Source: a virus. From it: a stretch of 64,000 nt of DNA. The notes below the pieces were generated by a model that was not told the DNA's origin, did no database searches, and was given only the letters and a program-made list of their open reading frames with translations. Positions 28,430-39,723 of this stretch are shown here, one piece after another; the stretch's first letter is position 1, and every line of letters starts with the position of its first letter. The DNA lies in the IMG/VR virus record IMGVR_UViG_2706795158_000001, positions 39,335 to 103,334 of that record. One strand, 5' to 3'. The translations under genes were made by a program, and so were the position numbers.

Positions 28430-31400
28430 TATGAAGGTCAGATTAGGCGGTAAGTGGGTAACTGTAGCAGGTGGCGGAGTATCTCAAGAAGACCTGCAAC
28501 ACGTAGTAAATGAAGCTAATGACTATGCCAACAAGTTAAAGGAACAAATAGATGACGACATCAAGGCTATGGGTGACACTATTGAAGGTTTAGAGACTAA
28601 TATTGAGGGTGCTTTCTCTGATGGCATTATTACTAAGACTGAAGCAAGACGTATTCAGTCTTATATAAACACTTTAGAGACTAACAAGGCACGTTTTGAT
28701 AAAGAGTATAAGAGTCTTATTGAGAATGAATTCATGAACGCTAATGATAAGCAGGGCTTAATCAGTGCTAAGACTAGTCATGATGAGAAGTTTGACCTGC
28801 TTATCAAAGCTATTAATGATGCTATTGCAGATGGAAAAGCAACTGTAGAAGAGGCTACGCACGTTAATACTAGCTTTGCTAACTACAACAATGCAGCTGC
28901 TGTACTTACTTCTGCTATCTATGAAGCAATTGATGATATTGCAACTAATAAAACAGGAGTGGCTCTAGAAGAAGCTAAGACATTTGCTAGTCAAGCAGCA
29001 GAGGGTGTTAAGACTATACTAAACGCTGAAGTAGATGGTGTTAAGAAGTCTGTAACTGACCTAGATACAGAAATCAAAGGTGCATTCCGTGATGGTATTA
29101 TACAGGAGAATGAGTTATCTTCTATCAAGACTTATTTAAACACCCTTGATACGTCTAAGCAAGGCTTAGATAAAAGATATGACTCTACGTATAACAATGT
29201 TGACCTACCTGCACAGAACAAGACTAATCTCGTTACTGTTAAGATAGATTATGACCGCTCTTACAATGACCTAATCAATACTATCAACGATGCCATTCTT
29301 GACCAATTAGGTACTCCAGAAGAGCAAGAGCTTATCAATACAAAGTTTAAAGACTACAACCAAAAACTTGCGCTATTGACAACTCAATTGGAACTTGCAA
29401 TTGAAGCAATTTCTAAGACTAAATCTACTAGAGCAGAAAAGAACGCAAAAGACTATTCTGACCAAATCAAAGGTGAGATGGCAGATGAGATTCAAGGGGT
29501 AGAAGATGCTACCACTGCATTGAAGACAGAAGTTCATACTACTTTTAAAGATGGAATCATAGATGCAAGTGAGGCACAGAAAATTAAGTCTTATATAAAC
29601 TTATTGGATAACAATAAGAAAGCCTTAATTGAGAGATACAATGAACTAGTTAATAACGGATTTATCTCTCCAATAGCTAAAACAACTCTTATCTCTAAGA
29701 AGACCTTATTTGATACTAAATATGGTCTACTTATCAGTGAGATTAACAATGCTATAGCTGATGGTCAAACTACTGTAGGTGAGTCTCAAGCAGTAGATAC
29801 TGCCTTCAATACGTATAATGACTCTGTTAAAGAGTTTACAAACGCTATGGAGAAAGCAGCAGATAGCATAGCACAAGGTAAAGCAAATGCAGCAGAGTTT
29901 AATGCTGGACAGTATGCAGATGAGGCTAGCAATCGTCTAGATGTAATTAAAGTACGTTACATCAAGAATACTATCACTGGCAACTCTGTAAATGCTTACA
30001 AACACTGGACTGAAATTAAGGCTGTCAGCAAAGGTGTAAACGTTGCCACTACAGGTACAGTTACAGGTAGTACTGGTGTTACAAACCTTGGAGTTGTTAA
30101 CAACGATAAGGTAGATGACCAGTTTGCAGAAGACCGTACAACAGGAGAGTCTTGGGTACAGATTGACTTAGGCACTGTTAAAGAGGATATAGACTATATC
30201 CAATTATGGCACTTCTACTCTGATGCTAGAACCTATAATGGCAATAAGTTAGAAGTATCTGCTGATGGTCAGAAATGGTACACTATGTTTAGTAGTGACA
30301 AGTCAGGTACGTACAAGGAGTCTGCTGATGGGTTTATTATACCTGTCAATGCTGGACGTATCTATAATCACACAATCCAACGTATCTCTAATACTGAGAC
30401 TCAAATTACTAACATCAATGGTGAATTACAGTCTAGAGTAAAGAATACAGAGTTTGAACAAGGTATTAAAGAATCTAAGGAACATGCAGATGCAGTAGCA
30501 CAAGCAGTACGTAATGAACTATCTAACTTCTCTAACCTTATCACTACTCGTATTGATGGCATTGAAGACCAAGTGGATGGTAACATCACTACGTGGTTCT
30601 TAACAGGAGCACCTACCCTATCTAACGCACCAGCAGTAGACTGGAATACAGACGTATTAAAGGATACTCACTTAGGAGACCTTTACTATGACTCTGCTAC
30701 AGGCTATTGCTACCGATTCCTAAAGAACGGTCTTATCTATGCTTGGGCTAAGATAACTGACTCTGATGTTACAGAAGCTATACAAAAAGCAGCTAAGGCA
30801 CAAGATACAGCAGATGGTAAGAGACGAGTATTCGTTGTTCAACCTATCCCTCCATATGATGTGGGTGATTTATGGGCACAGGGTTCTGCTGGAGACCTAA
30901 TGCGTTGTAGTGTTGCTAAGGCTGAAGGTGCACTGTATAATGCTGGAGACTGGAGTAAAGCTTCTAAATACGTTGATCAAAAGGCAGTAAACGATACATT
31001 AAACCCATTCGTTACTAGACTTGAGACTGCTGAGTCTTCTGTTACACAGAATGCTAGGGAAATCTCGGAACGTGTTAAAATAGATACCTACACCCAAGAG
31101 ATTACAAATATCAATACTAACATTGGTAACATTGACTCTGCACAAAAAGGAACTGCTGATAAGTTAGACAAACTAGCTATAGGTGGACGTAACTTACTGA
31201 AGAACAGTGGTAACTTTGTTACTATAGAGAACTGGACATCTGCAAATACAGCTACTGCAACTGTAATGCTGGACAAGGATGACCTTAAAATCAGCAAAGT
31301 TGGTCTTACATCTAATGTTCATATTATTAATCCTAGTCTACAGAGAATCACAGATTGGGATGTTAACAAAGACTATGTTGTTACTATTAGAGCTAAAGGT

Positions 31401-34400
31401 TCTGTCGGCTTTGACCTTAGCTTAGGTCTTCATAATAGTGGAGCTACTGTTACAACCCTTCCTATGACTTCTGTAGGCACTGTTACTACTGAGTTTAAGG
31501 AATTCTCCTTAGTATTCAAACCTAAAGTTAACGGAATTGTAGACTTCCGAATTGGTACTACTGCGATGCCTAATGGCTCCTCTTTATGGATTGACTGGGT
31601 TAAAGTTGAAGAAGGTAATAAGGCTACTGCTTGGTCACCTGCACCAGAGGACTTAACTGACTATGCAGACGTTGCAGTAGGTAAGATACTAGACTCTTCA
31701 TTCGAGAAAGGTCTACGCTTCTGGAGTGGATACAACGCTACTATTGATGTGGGAGCACCATTACAAAGCAGTGTAGTTTATGGAACTTCTTCTGATAGTC
31801 TTACTGGTAGAACAGCTATGTCAATAAGCAATGCTGAAGGTTGGATATTCTCTGCTAATGCTATTCCAGTTGATACAAGCCGAGTATATCGAGTACGCTT
31901 CCGTATTAAGAAGACTAAGGATGTAACTGGTGGTGGGACTAACGTATATGCTGGTGTTGCAACCTACGATAAGAATGGTAATCTACAGACTACATCTCCT
32001 GGTAACCACAGATACTGTGCGGTAGCAGGCAAGCCTTTAAAAGTGGCAGATGGATGGCAGTTATACGAAGGGTATATTACTGGTGAAGGGAATGCAACAC
32101 ATAATCAGTTTAGACCAGGTACTGCTTATGTAAAGCCTATGTTTGTAGTGGATTACCAAGCTGGTGTGGGTGGTACTAACATCATAGACTTAGTTGACTT
32201 TGAAGACGTTACTTCCCAGATTAAAGCACAGGACTACTCTGAAACTAAGATAGGTGAAGCTAAGGTTGCACAAGAAGAGTACGCTAGAGCACAGGCAGAG
32301 GCAGCTAAGATAGTAGCTAACGCCTATGCAGATGGTATTGTGGATGCTGAAGAGCAACGTGCAATAGACGATGCCAATGCAAAGCTAGCTCAAGCTAAGG
32401 CACACGCAGAACAAAAGGCAAAAGAGGCACAGGATGCAGCACAGGGCTATGTAGATGGCATTGAGATAGGTGGTACTAACCTACTCAAAAACTCTGGGTT
32501 TAAGGATGGCTTCAACTACTGGACAGCAAGTACCAACGTTACTATAGACCCTACTAGAGAGTTTGAGGGTTATCCTACTGTCCTCAGTAACCAGTCCTCC
32601 CTTAGTACAGATAGTTGGAGAGGTATTAGCTCTGCACCTCAGTTCTATCCATGTAAGCCAGGTGATAAGTTTATAGGTAGCGTATACTCTTACACAGACA
32701 ATCTAGCAGGTCTAGATAAGGGGGCTTTTGTCCTTGTAGACTTCTATGATGTTAATAATACTAGGATAGCTGGATGGCTGGTAACTTCTATTATACCTAC
32801 TAAAGTCGGGGAATGGCAGAGATTTACAGTTAAAGGTGTGGCTCCAGCAGGAGCAGTAAACACTCGTATCTATGCTTATGTCTCTCGTAATGGTAAATTG
32901 TGGATGTCTAAACCTCAATTAGAAAAAGGGGATAAGGCTACTGCATGGGGGCTTGCTCCAGAGGATGCTATTGAAGGCATAGGCAAAATTAAGTTTGGGG
33001 GTAGAAACTTACTGTCCAACTCTGCATTTGCTACCCTTGATGGATGGAGAAACTGGGGTGTTGCAACAGGTACTAGAGCGTTAGTTACTAACCTTGATTT
33101 ACCAGGCTTAGCTACTGGATTCTCTATTACTACTACGACTACTGGGGAGTTTGGTTATGCAACTGACCTTGTAAAACTTATTAAAGGAGAAACTTATACA
33201 CTGTCTGCATGGGCTAAGATAACTTCTGCTAAGGGTACTGTAAAAGTTCAAGAGGGAGATGCCATACTTAAATGGACTAGTACCTCTACTAGCGAAGTAG
33301 GAAAATGGGTGAAAATATCCCATACATTCACCGCTAAAGGTGATACAACATCCATCTATGTAGGTCAGGAGAGTACGAGTGACCCATGTTCTGCCTTATT
33401 CACTGGTCTGAAGTTAGAAGCAGGTACTGGGGCTACAGACTGGACACCTGCTACAGAAGACGTAAACAAGCTTATATCTGATGTGGACAAAAAGGCTCAA
33501 ACTGTTACTGGTAGAGTTGATGATATGTCAGCCGATGGCAAACTAACTTCTCTAGAGAAGCAAGATGCTAAGAAGGATTGGGATATCATTTCTGGAGAGT
33601 ACAGTAACTTCTATACTCAAGCTGATGCTTTTGGTATAACTTCCCAAAAGGCTACTTACAAGACTAGATATGATGAGCTGAATGCTTATCTTACTCCTTT
33701 GTTTGCTAAAATGAATGAGACATCTGATATAGTAAGAACTGACTATAGACTGAAGTTCAAGAATTACTTTGAAGCTAAGTCTGCATTAGCAAAAGCTATA
33801 TCCGATGCATCTAAGTCTCAGATTGACAGCATTTCTGTAGGAGGGCGTAACCTTGTTCTAGGTACAGCAATACCTAAGTTGATGGTAGGGAACAACACCT
33901 CTAACCAGACTACTAACATCTATAATTTTGCTGGGGGCAACTCTCAAAAGATTATAGATAAGGAATTCTCTGTCTCCTTTGATTGGGTAATAGAAGGTAC
34001 TTCTGGCGGTACAATGTACATGCAAGGTAGCAACCCTTATCCTCTTATTGCAGATAAGATTACGTTCTCTTCTACCAATACTAGAGGAACATATACTGCA
34101 ACTAGAACAGTATCAGGTAATGCATTCGCATCTGTTAATATGCGCTTAGATGGTGTTCCTGTGGGAGCTAAGGTAACTATATCCAACTTCAAGATTGAGT
34201 TAGGTAACAGAATCACAGACTGGACTCCTGCACCAGAGGATATAGATCAGTTAATTAGTGACTTAGACACTAAGGCATCTAATCTACAGACTAGTGTAAA
34301 CGATATGTCTGATGACAATAAACTTACTCCTAGTGAAAAGTCTTTATTAAAAAAGGACTGGGATTCTATCGTTGGTGAGTACCCTACAATCTCTGCACAA

Positions 34401-37400
34401 GCAGATGCATTTGGGGCTACGGCAGAGAAATCTGCATACGCTACAGCGTACACTAACCTTAAAAATCTTATAGAAGCACCCCTTACAGATGTCACTACGA
34501 CATCTCCTGTTAATGGAGCTGATATGAGAAATAAGTTCAAGGACTATGTAGATAGAAAGTCTAAGTTATTGAGAGTTCTGTCCGATTCAGCCAAGTCTCA
34601 AATAGATGGAATCAGTGTTGGTGGACGTAACTTAATCTCTGGTACTACATTCAAGAATGCTGATGGGTGGGTAGGTTGGAGTGCTAGCAAATATGAGCAG
34701 GTATCTGTACGCCATGACTCGTTTAATAACTTTGACTTCTTAACATTTGAGACTAAGAATTCTAGTGGTGCCCAAATACCAGTACCAGTAGGTACAAAAC
34801 TGGGTCTGAGAGGTAGTGGACGCACATTCCCTGTTAAGAAGGACATGGACTACACATTATCTATGATTGTAGCAACTAGTGAACTTAATAACACTTTAGA
34901 TTACATCTATTTAATGTACAGTGATGGTACAGGGGTTAATCAAAGACTATCAGATATCAAAGTGGATAGTTTCCCTAAATACTACCCTATAGCTTCAGGG
35001 TCTGGCACATACTTCTATAAGGTATCTATTACCTTTAAACCTACTAAAGATGATGCTAATGCTCACCTTCTCATAGCAGGAACACTGTTCAGAGAGATGA
35101 CAGGCTCTAACGGATATGCTTGGGTTCGTGTAGCCCATCTTAAAGTAGAAGAGGGGAATAGACCTACTGCTTGGACACCATCCTTTGAGGATATCTTTGG
35201 TGACATTAAGACAGCAGATGACAAGGCACAAGCGGTACAGAACTCTGTTAACGATATGTCTGCGGATAATAAGATAACTGCCTTAGAGAAGCATCAAGCT
35301 AGTAAGGACTGGGAAGGTGTTAAAGCAGAGTACCCTATAATAGCAGCACAGGCAGATGCCTTTGGTAAGACTACGGAGAAGACTGCTTATACAACTGCTT
35401 ATAATGCACTGAAAAACTATATCGAACCAATTTTAGTTAAGCTAAATGAGACTTCGGATATAGATGGTGCTAACTATAGGGGACTGTGGAGAAATTACTC
35501 GGATACTAAGTCTAAGCTAGGAAGAGCTGTCACTGATGGCTCTAAGGACGCTATAGACAACATATCAGTCGGTGGCAGAAACTTACTCTTAGGTTCTCAA
35601 CAGGACTTCAACACTACAGACTATCTTATCAAGCAGTATACCTTATCTGAAAACTGGGTGACGGGTCAAGAGTATACTTTCATGATTAAGGGTACTGTTC
35701 CAGCAGGTCAGAAGTTTGGTATATGGATGAATGGTGGCTCTAATAACGTAGGATATGCTACAACTGCCTATGCTAACGGAGTAACTTATGTTACATTCAA
35801 AGCCATAGCTACTACATCGGGTAATGAAAAAGTAATTAACTTGTATAACTTCCCAAGCAACACTACAGCTTCCACAGTAGATTGGGTTGCATTATACAAA
35901 GGTAACAAGCCTATGGACTGGACTCCTGCACCTGAAGATGTACAGAGCAACATTGATAACATCACTGTGGGTAGCCGTAACTACTTAGGCAATGGTGACT
36001 TCAGTACTGCTATAGCGGATGACCCTAACACTGCATACTACGCTAAAGGGGATATACTAGACATTGTAGACATTACTAATGAGGCACCACCTCATAAGAA
36101 GGCTCTACATGGTAAGAATACTGCTGCCAAGAACAATGGTCAGTCTCAGATACCTATCTTTATAGGTGGGTCTGCTAATGACCTATTTGGTAAAGAAGTT
36201 ACAGTTAGCCTCTGGATTAAGTATCAAAACGTAGTCAAAGGGGTAAACGTTTGGAATGCTTTACGTGCTGGTGAGTTATATGTTCAGTACAAGAAAGCAG
36301 ATGGCACTTCTGTTGACCAGTACTATGCAGTAGTAAACCAAGTTGTAGGCACTAACATGACTTGGCAGAAGTTATCAGCTACCTTCAAGTTAAACTTTGG
36401 AGGAGCTACTGGTATCAACTTCATCCGCTTTAAGACTCTGTTAGAGGGTTGTGTGGGAGAATTCTGGGTTACTGGTCAGAAGGTAGAGATTGGTAATAAG
36501 GTTACCGACTGGACACCAATGCCAGAGGAAATAAGCAATGTTATCTCTACTGTTACAACCCGTGTGGGTACTGTTGAGGCTACTACTAAAAACCTAGGGG
36601 ATTCCATCACGAACAAGGTTTGGTTGACTGACGTATACACTAAGCAAGAGATACTGTCTAAACTTGCTGAGGGTGATATTTATATCCGAGGTACTGGTTT
36701 AAACCACGGTGGAAACCGAATACTGAAGGTAAATGGGGCTACTAAGTATGACACTAATGCTTCTCGTGGTCTACGTCTAACAACTCTAAGCAGGGCTAAC
36801 CTTGCAGTGGTTGAGGATATAAACTATGATGTTTACGGTAGTGATGCACAACAGATAGCCTTAGCTGACAAGTTGAAATCTTTAGGTAATAACGTACTAG
36901 TAGTATTGACTTCAGCTGATGCAACGAACGTTAAGAAGTCTACGGGCTTAGTTGATGCCATAGCTAACTGTGGGGGTTCTGGTTCAGAGGTCACTTACCG
37001 TACCCCATTCGCCTTCATTGGTATGAATGGTTTAGGCACTGGTTCTGGTATAGAGGTTAAAACAGGACAGGATGCTACTAAAGACCCTGTGGCTGAAATC
37101 TATACTAAAGTGGCATCTGGTATCCCTCAAGGCTTCAACACTAGTTCTAAGGTATTAAATGAGACGGTAACTAACATCACTACTCGTGTAGAAACTGCTG
37201 AATCGGCTATCACTCAGCATGCTAAGGACATAGAGCTAAAGGTAAATGTTAATGGAGTTATAGCTGCTATCAACCTCTCCCCTGAAGCTGGAAAAGGGGT
37301 ACTCATCAAAGGTGAGAACATCATGCTTGATGGTATTGTTAAGGCTAGACACCTTGCAGTGACGGACTTAGCTAATATAGTTGGGAACAGTGACTTCAGG

Positions 37401-39200
37401 GACGGTTTGAATGGGTACTCTGGTGGTTCGTTGATTGCTAAAGCCAATGCAGATAGGGCTAATGAAGTGCCTACGAACTATGTTCTAGAGCACAGTGGTA
37501 GGGACGTTTACTACGGTGATATGTTCCCTATCAATAAAGAGGAAGTATTCTCTTGTTCTGTGACTGCTAAACAGACGGTAGGTAACTCTCTACTTTCTAT
37601 AGGTCTTGCATGGTATGCAGTTAACTCTGCTGGTGTTACTACTCAGACTAACTGGGGTAAAGCTACTACGTTCCCTAATGACACTGATATCCCTAACACT
37701 CCTTGGAAGACCCGACAAGGTCTAGTGACTGCTCCTAGTTGGGCAACTCACGCTAAGGTGTGGATGCAGATAGAGCAGAATACCCCATATGCAACTAAGT
37801 GGCAGTTAACTCTACCTACAATTAGACGTACTGGTTTACTAACATTCGACCAAGCAAAAGGGGGTACTCTTGAGTTAGGTGAGGGTGGACGTGGCGTACT
37901 CCGAGTATATGCAACGGTCAACGGTAACCAAGATACAGTAGGTCAGATTGATGAGAACGGTGCTAGCTTCACTAAAGTTAGGACTAACCTTCTAGATGTT
38001 TCCGGCAGGATTACTGCACCTAATATGGTGTCTAGTAACCAAGGATGGATGGAACTGTTTGTAGACCCAGCCAATAATGGTAACTACACCCCTGATGGGA
38101 CTCAAGCTAGACCCTACAAGACTATGAGGGATGCTATAAGCAGCCTACCTAAGTATCTTGAAGGGGATGTAGAAATAAAACTACAGAGTGATGTGTATGA
38201 GGAATGGGTAGACATCAAAGGCTTTGTAGGAGGTGGAGGAGTAGGTGGCACCAACGGTATTTTCATTAGAGCAGGTACTAATGGAAGAAAAACTATCTGG
38301 GGTGGTATAAGATGCTGGTTCAATAGCTGTCACATCTATATACAAGAGACTAACGTTAGTAACAGTAGAGATCAGTCTAATGGGGTTATAGAGGCTTATA
38401 GTTGTTCTAAAGTATCTGCATGGAACTGCAACTTCACTGGCAACAATAAAGCTAGAGCTTGTATTTACAGTGATAACAGTACTGTGATTGTAAACGGATG
38501 TGAGATGTATGACGCTTGGGACATGATTAGATGTGTAAGGGGTTATGTATGTGTCCTAGATTGTCGTGGTGGTAACTGTTACTGCGTGCTTTCTAGTACT
38601 GCTGGAACTATACAAGGTGGAGGAACTAGACCTGGATTCTATGCAGGAGGTACAGAACGTTATACAGACCAAGGCGGTTGGATAAGTGGTTCTTGGACAG
38701 AGAATACTGGTTCTTGGGTTAAACCAACACCACCTGTTACTATACAGGAGGCTACTATTGACTCAGTTAGCTCTAAGTCTTGGCGTGAAAACTATGGTGG
38801 TCAGTGGTATCGCGATGAGGTTCTACAAGGTACATGGGATGGATGGGGTAACTATAGAGGAATGTGGTTCTTTGGCAATAAACTAGATTTCCTTAAAGGC
38901 AAGACTATCCTTGATATGACTATTAACATAGGACGTACTAACGGTGGGGGCTATAGTTCTGCACAACAAGTTAGTATCCGTAATCACAATGAAGCTAGTC
39001 AACCGTCAGGTATGCCATATCTAGGCAGCCCTATCACAGGTAACTACTTTGCATGGGGTGAACGTAAGTCAATTAACGTTAAGGCACTTGCAGGTAACTT
39101 CTCTTCAGGTAACGCTAGAGGTTTTGGTATCTACACGGACTCTGCCTCTCCTTATATGATATTCGATGGTTGGGCACAGGTTTGGGTTAAGTATCAATAA
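28422..39200 (+). CDS. Giant modular tail fibre/receptor-binding protein (3592 aa)
   Basis: Three N-terminal helical repeats; discoidin-like domain; seven GGRNL...W(T/S)PAPED CBM-like modules; ILEI-like domain; beta-helix-like region near the C-terminus. Confidence 0.85.
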   Translation: MASMKVRLGGKWVTVAGGGVSQEDLQHVVNEANDYANKLKEQIDDDIKAMGDTIEGLETNIEGAFSDGIITKTEARRIQSYINTLETNKARFDKEYKSLIENEFMNANDKQGLISAKTSHDEKFDLLIKAINDAIADGKATVEEATHVNTSFANYNNAAAVLTSAIYEAIDDIATNKTGVALEEAKTFASQAAEGVKTILNAEVDGVKKSVTDLDTEIKGAFRDGIIQENELSSIKTYLNTLDTSKQGLDKRYDSTYNNVDLPAQNKTNLVTVKIDYDRSYNDLINTINDAILDQLGTPEEQELINTKFKDYNQKLALLTTQLELAIEAISKTKSTRAEKNAKDYSDQIKGEMADEIQGVEDATTALKTEVHTTFKDGIIDASEAQKIKSYINLLDNNKKALIERYNELVNNGFISPIAKTTLISKKTLFDTKYGLLISEINNAIADGQTTVGESQAVDTAFNTYNDSVKEFTNAMEKAADSIAQGKANAAEFNAGQYADEASNRLDVIKVRYIKNTITGNSVNAYKHWTEIKAVSKGVNVATTGTVTGSTGVTNLGVVNNDKVDDQFAEDRTTGESWVQIDLGTVKEDIDYIQLWHFYSDARTYNGNKLEVSADGQKWYTMFSSDKSGTYKESADGFIIPVNAGRIYNHTIQRISNTETQITNINGELQSRVKNTEFEQGIKESKEHADAVAQAVRNELSNFSNLITTRIDGIEDQVDGNITTWFLTGAPTLSNAPAVDWNTDVLKDTHLGDLYYDSATGYCYRFLKNGLIYAWAKITDSDVTEAIQKAAKAQDTADGKRRVFVVQPIPPYDVGDLWAQGSAGDLMRCSVAKAEGALYNAGDWSKASKYVDQKAVNDTLNPFVTRLETAESSVTQNAREISERVKIDTYTQEITNINTNIGNIDSAQKGTADKLDKLAIGGRNLLKNSGNFVTIENWTSANTATATVMLDKDDLKISKVGLTSNVHIINPSLQRITDWDVNKDYVVTIRAKGSVGFDLSLGLHNSGATVTTLPMTSVGTVTTEFKEFSLVFKPKVNGIVDFRIGTTAMPNGSSLWIDWVKVEEGNKATAWSPAPEDLTDYADVAVGKILDSSFEKGLRFWSGYNATIDVGAPLQSSVVYGTSSDSLTGRTAMSISNAEGWIFSANAIPVDTSRVYRVRFRIKKTKDVTGGGTNVYAGVATYDKNGNLQTTSPGNHRYCAVAGKPLKVADGWQLYEGYITGEGNATHNQFRPGTAYVKPMFVVDYQAGVGGTNIIDLVDFEDVTSQIKAQDYSETKIGEAKVAQEEYARAQAEAAKIVANAYADGIVDAEEQRAIDDANAKLAQAKAHAEQKAKEAQDAAQGYVDGIEIGGTNLLKNSGFKDGFNYWTASTNVTIDPTREFEGYPTVLSNQSSLSTDSWRGISSAPQFYPCKPGDKFIGSVYSYTDNLAGLDKGAFVLVDFYDVNNTRIAGWLVTSIIPTKVGEWQRFTVKGVAPAGAVNTRIYAYVSRNGKLWMSKPQLEKGDKATAWGLAPEDAIEGIGKIKFGGRNLLSNSAFATLDGWRNWGVATGTRALVTNLDLPGLATGFSITTTTTGEFGYATDLVKLIKGETYTLSAWAKITSAKGTVKVQEGDAILKWTSTSTSEVGKWVKISHTFTAKGDTTSIYVGQESTSDPCSALFTGLKLEAGTGATDWTPATEDVNKLISDVDKKAQTVTGRVDDMSADGKLTSLEKQDAKKDWDIISGEYSNFYTQADAFGITSQKATYKTRYDELNAYLTPLFAKMNETSDIVRTDYRLKFKNYFEAKSALAKAISDASKSQIDSISVGGRNLVLGTAIPKLMVGNNTSNQTTNIYNFAGGNSQKIIDKEFSVSFDWVIEGTSGGTMYMQGSNPYPLIADKITFSSTNTRGTYTATRTVSGNAFASVNMRLDGVPVGAKVTISNFKIELGNRITDWTPAPEDIDQLISDLDTKASNLQTSVNDMSDDNKLTPSEKSLLKKDWDSIVGEYPTISAQADAFGATAEKSAYATAYTNLKNLIEAPLTDVTTTSPVNGADMRNKFKDYVDRKSKLLRVLSDSAKSQIDGISVGGRNLISGTTFKNADGWVGWSASKYEQVSVRHDSFNNFDFLTFETKNSSGAQIPVPVGTKLGLRGSGRTFPVKKDMDYTLSMIVATSELNNTLDYIYLMYSDGTGVNQRLSDIKVDSFPKYYPIASGSGTYFYKVSITFKPTKDDANAHLLIAGTLFREMTGSNGYAWVRVAHLKVEEGNRPTAWTPSFEDIFGDIKTADDKAQAVQNSVNDMSADNKITALEKHQASKDWEGVKAEYPIIAAQADAFGKTTEKTAYTTAYNALKNYIEPILVKLNETSDIDGANYRGLWRNYSDTKSKLGRAVTDGSKDAIDNISVGGRNLLLGSQQDFNTTDYLIKQYTLSENWVTGQEYTFMIKGTVPAGQKFGIWMNGGSNNVGYATTAYANGVTYVTFKAIATTSGNEKVINLYNFPSNTTASTVDWVALYKGNKPMDWTPAPEDVQSNIDNITVGSRNYLGNGDFSTAIADDPNTAYYAKGDILDIVDITNEAPPHKKALHGKNTAAKNNGQSQIPIFIGGSANDLFGKEVTVSLWIKYQNVVKGVNVWNALRAGELYVQYKKADGTSVDQYYAVVNQVVGTNMTWQKLSATFKLNFGGATGINFIRFKTLLEGCVGEFWVTGQKVEIGNKVTDWTPMPEEISNVISTVTTRVGTVEATTKNLGDSITNKVWLTDVYTKQEILSKLAEGDIYIRGTGLNHGGNRILKVNGATKYDTNASRGLRLTTLSRANLAVVEDINYDVYGSDAQQIALADKLKSLGNNVLVVLTSADATNVKKSTGLVDAIANCGGSGSEVTYRTPFAFIGMNGLGTGSGIEVKTGQDATKDPVAEIYTKVASGIPQGFNTSSKVLNETVTNITTRVETAESAITQHAKDIELKVNVNGVIAAINLSPEAGKGVLIKGENIMLDGIVKARHLAVTDLANIVGNSDFRDGLNGYSGGSLIAKANADRANEVPTNYVLEHSGRDVYYGDMFPINKEEVFSCSVTAKQTVGNSLLSIGLAWYAVNSAGVTTQTNWGKATTFPNDTDIPNTPWKTRQGLVTAPSWATHAKVWMQIEQNTPYATKWQLTLPTIRRTGLLTFDQAKGGTLELGEGGRGVLRVYATVNGNQDTVGQIDENGASFTKVRTNLLDVSGRITAPNMVSSNQGWMELFVDPANNGNYTPDGTQARPYKTMRDAISSLPKYLEGDVEIKLQSDVYEEWVDIKGFVGGGGVGGTNGIFIRAGTNGRKTIWGGIRCWFNSCHIYIQETNVSNSRDQSNGVIEAYSCSKVSAWNCNFTGNNKARACIYSDNSTVIVNGCEMYDAWDMIRCVRGYVCVLDCRGGNCYCVLSSTAGTIQGGGTRPGFYAGGTERYTDQGGWISGSWTENTGSWVKPTPPVTIQEATIDSVSSKSWRENYGGQWYRDEVLQGTWDGWGNYRGMWFFGNKLDFLKGKTILDMTINIGRTNGGGYSSAQQVSIRNHNEASQPSGMPYLGSPITGNYFAWGERKSINVKALAGNFSSGNARGFGIYTDSASPYMIFDGWAQVWVKYQ

Positions 39201-39212
39201 GTTGATTTTTAT

Positions 39213-39242
39213 AATGGAGGGGTTAATACAACCCTCCATTTA
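39213..39242 (+). terminator. Stem-loop after tail fibre gene
   Basis: aatggaggggtt-aatac-aaccctccatt; short T-tract. Confidence 0.45.
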
Positions 39243-39264
39243 CATATAGGAAGGAGTGGTGACA

Positions 39265-39720
39265 ATGAAAGTACTAATTTACACTACAGTTAATGGTGAA
39301 GTAGTTAAGGGTATGAGGTTAGAGGGTCTTCAAAACATTAGAGTATCTGATGATGAAAAGAACATCTACCACTCTACAGGTTCGGCAGAGGGTCTTAGCG
39401 GTAGCTTACTTATTCTTCCAGACGATGTAGACTTTGACTCTTCTTTCTTAGACTTGAAGCGTAGAGCTTATTCTATATCTATGTTTAAGGGAGACAATCC
39501 TATGGATAGTTTCAAGCAGATGATAGATATGGTTCAGATGATGAGTGGCTTCCAATCACAACAGACTATGGAAATAGACGCTAAAACAGAAGTTCTGCAA
39601 GGTGTCTGTGACTATGTTATATCTTCTGTAGAAGGAATGCAAACAACTATCGACTTGCAAGCTAAAAGGATTGAGGCGCTAGAAAAGGCTCTTCCTATCA
39701 CAACAGTAAAAGGGGTGTAA
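39265..39720 (+). CDS. Hypothetical protein, possible fibre assembly chaperone
   Basis: Follows the tail fibre; SD GGAG; coiled-coil C-terminus. Confidence 0.6.
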   Translation: MKVLIYTTVNGEVVKGMRLEGLQNIRVSDDEKNIYHSTGSAEGLSGSLLILPDDVDFDSSFLDLKRRAYSISMFKGDNPMDSFKQMIDMVQMMSGFQSQQTMEIDAKTEVLQGVCDYVISSVEGMQTTIDLQAKRIEALEKALPITTVKGV

Positions 39721-39723
39721 GCA

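Noticed and set aside
28117-28434. 105-aa ORF overlapping 28190-28429
   Set aside because: Runs through a terminator-like hairpin, has no SD and atypical composition; the overlapping 79-aa frame has a good SD
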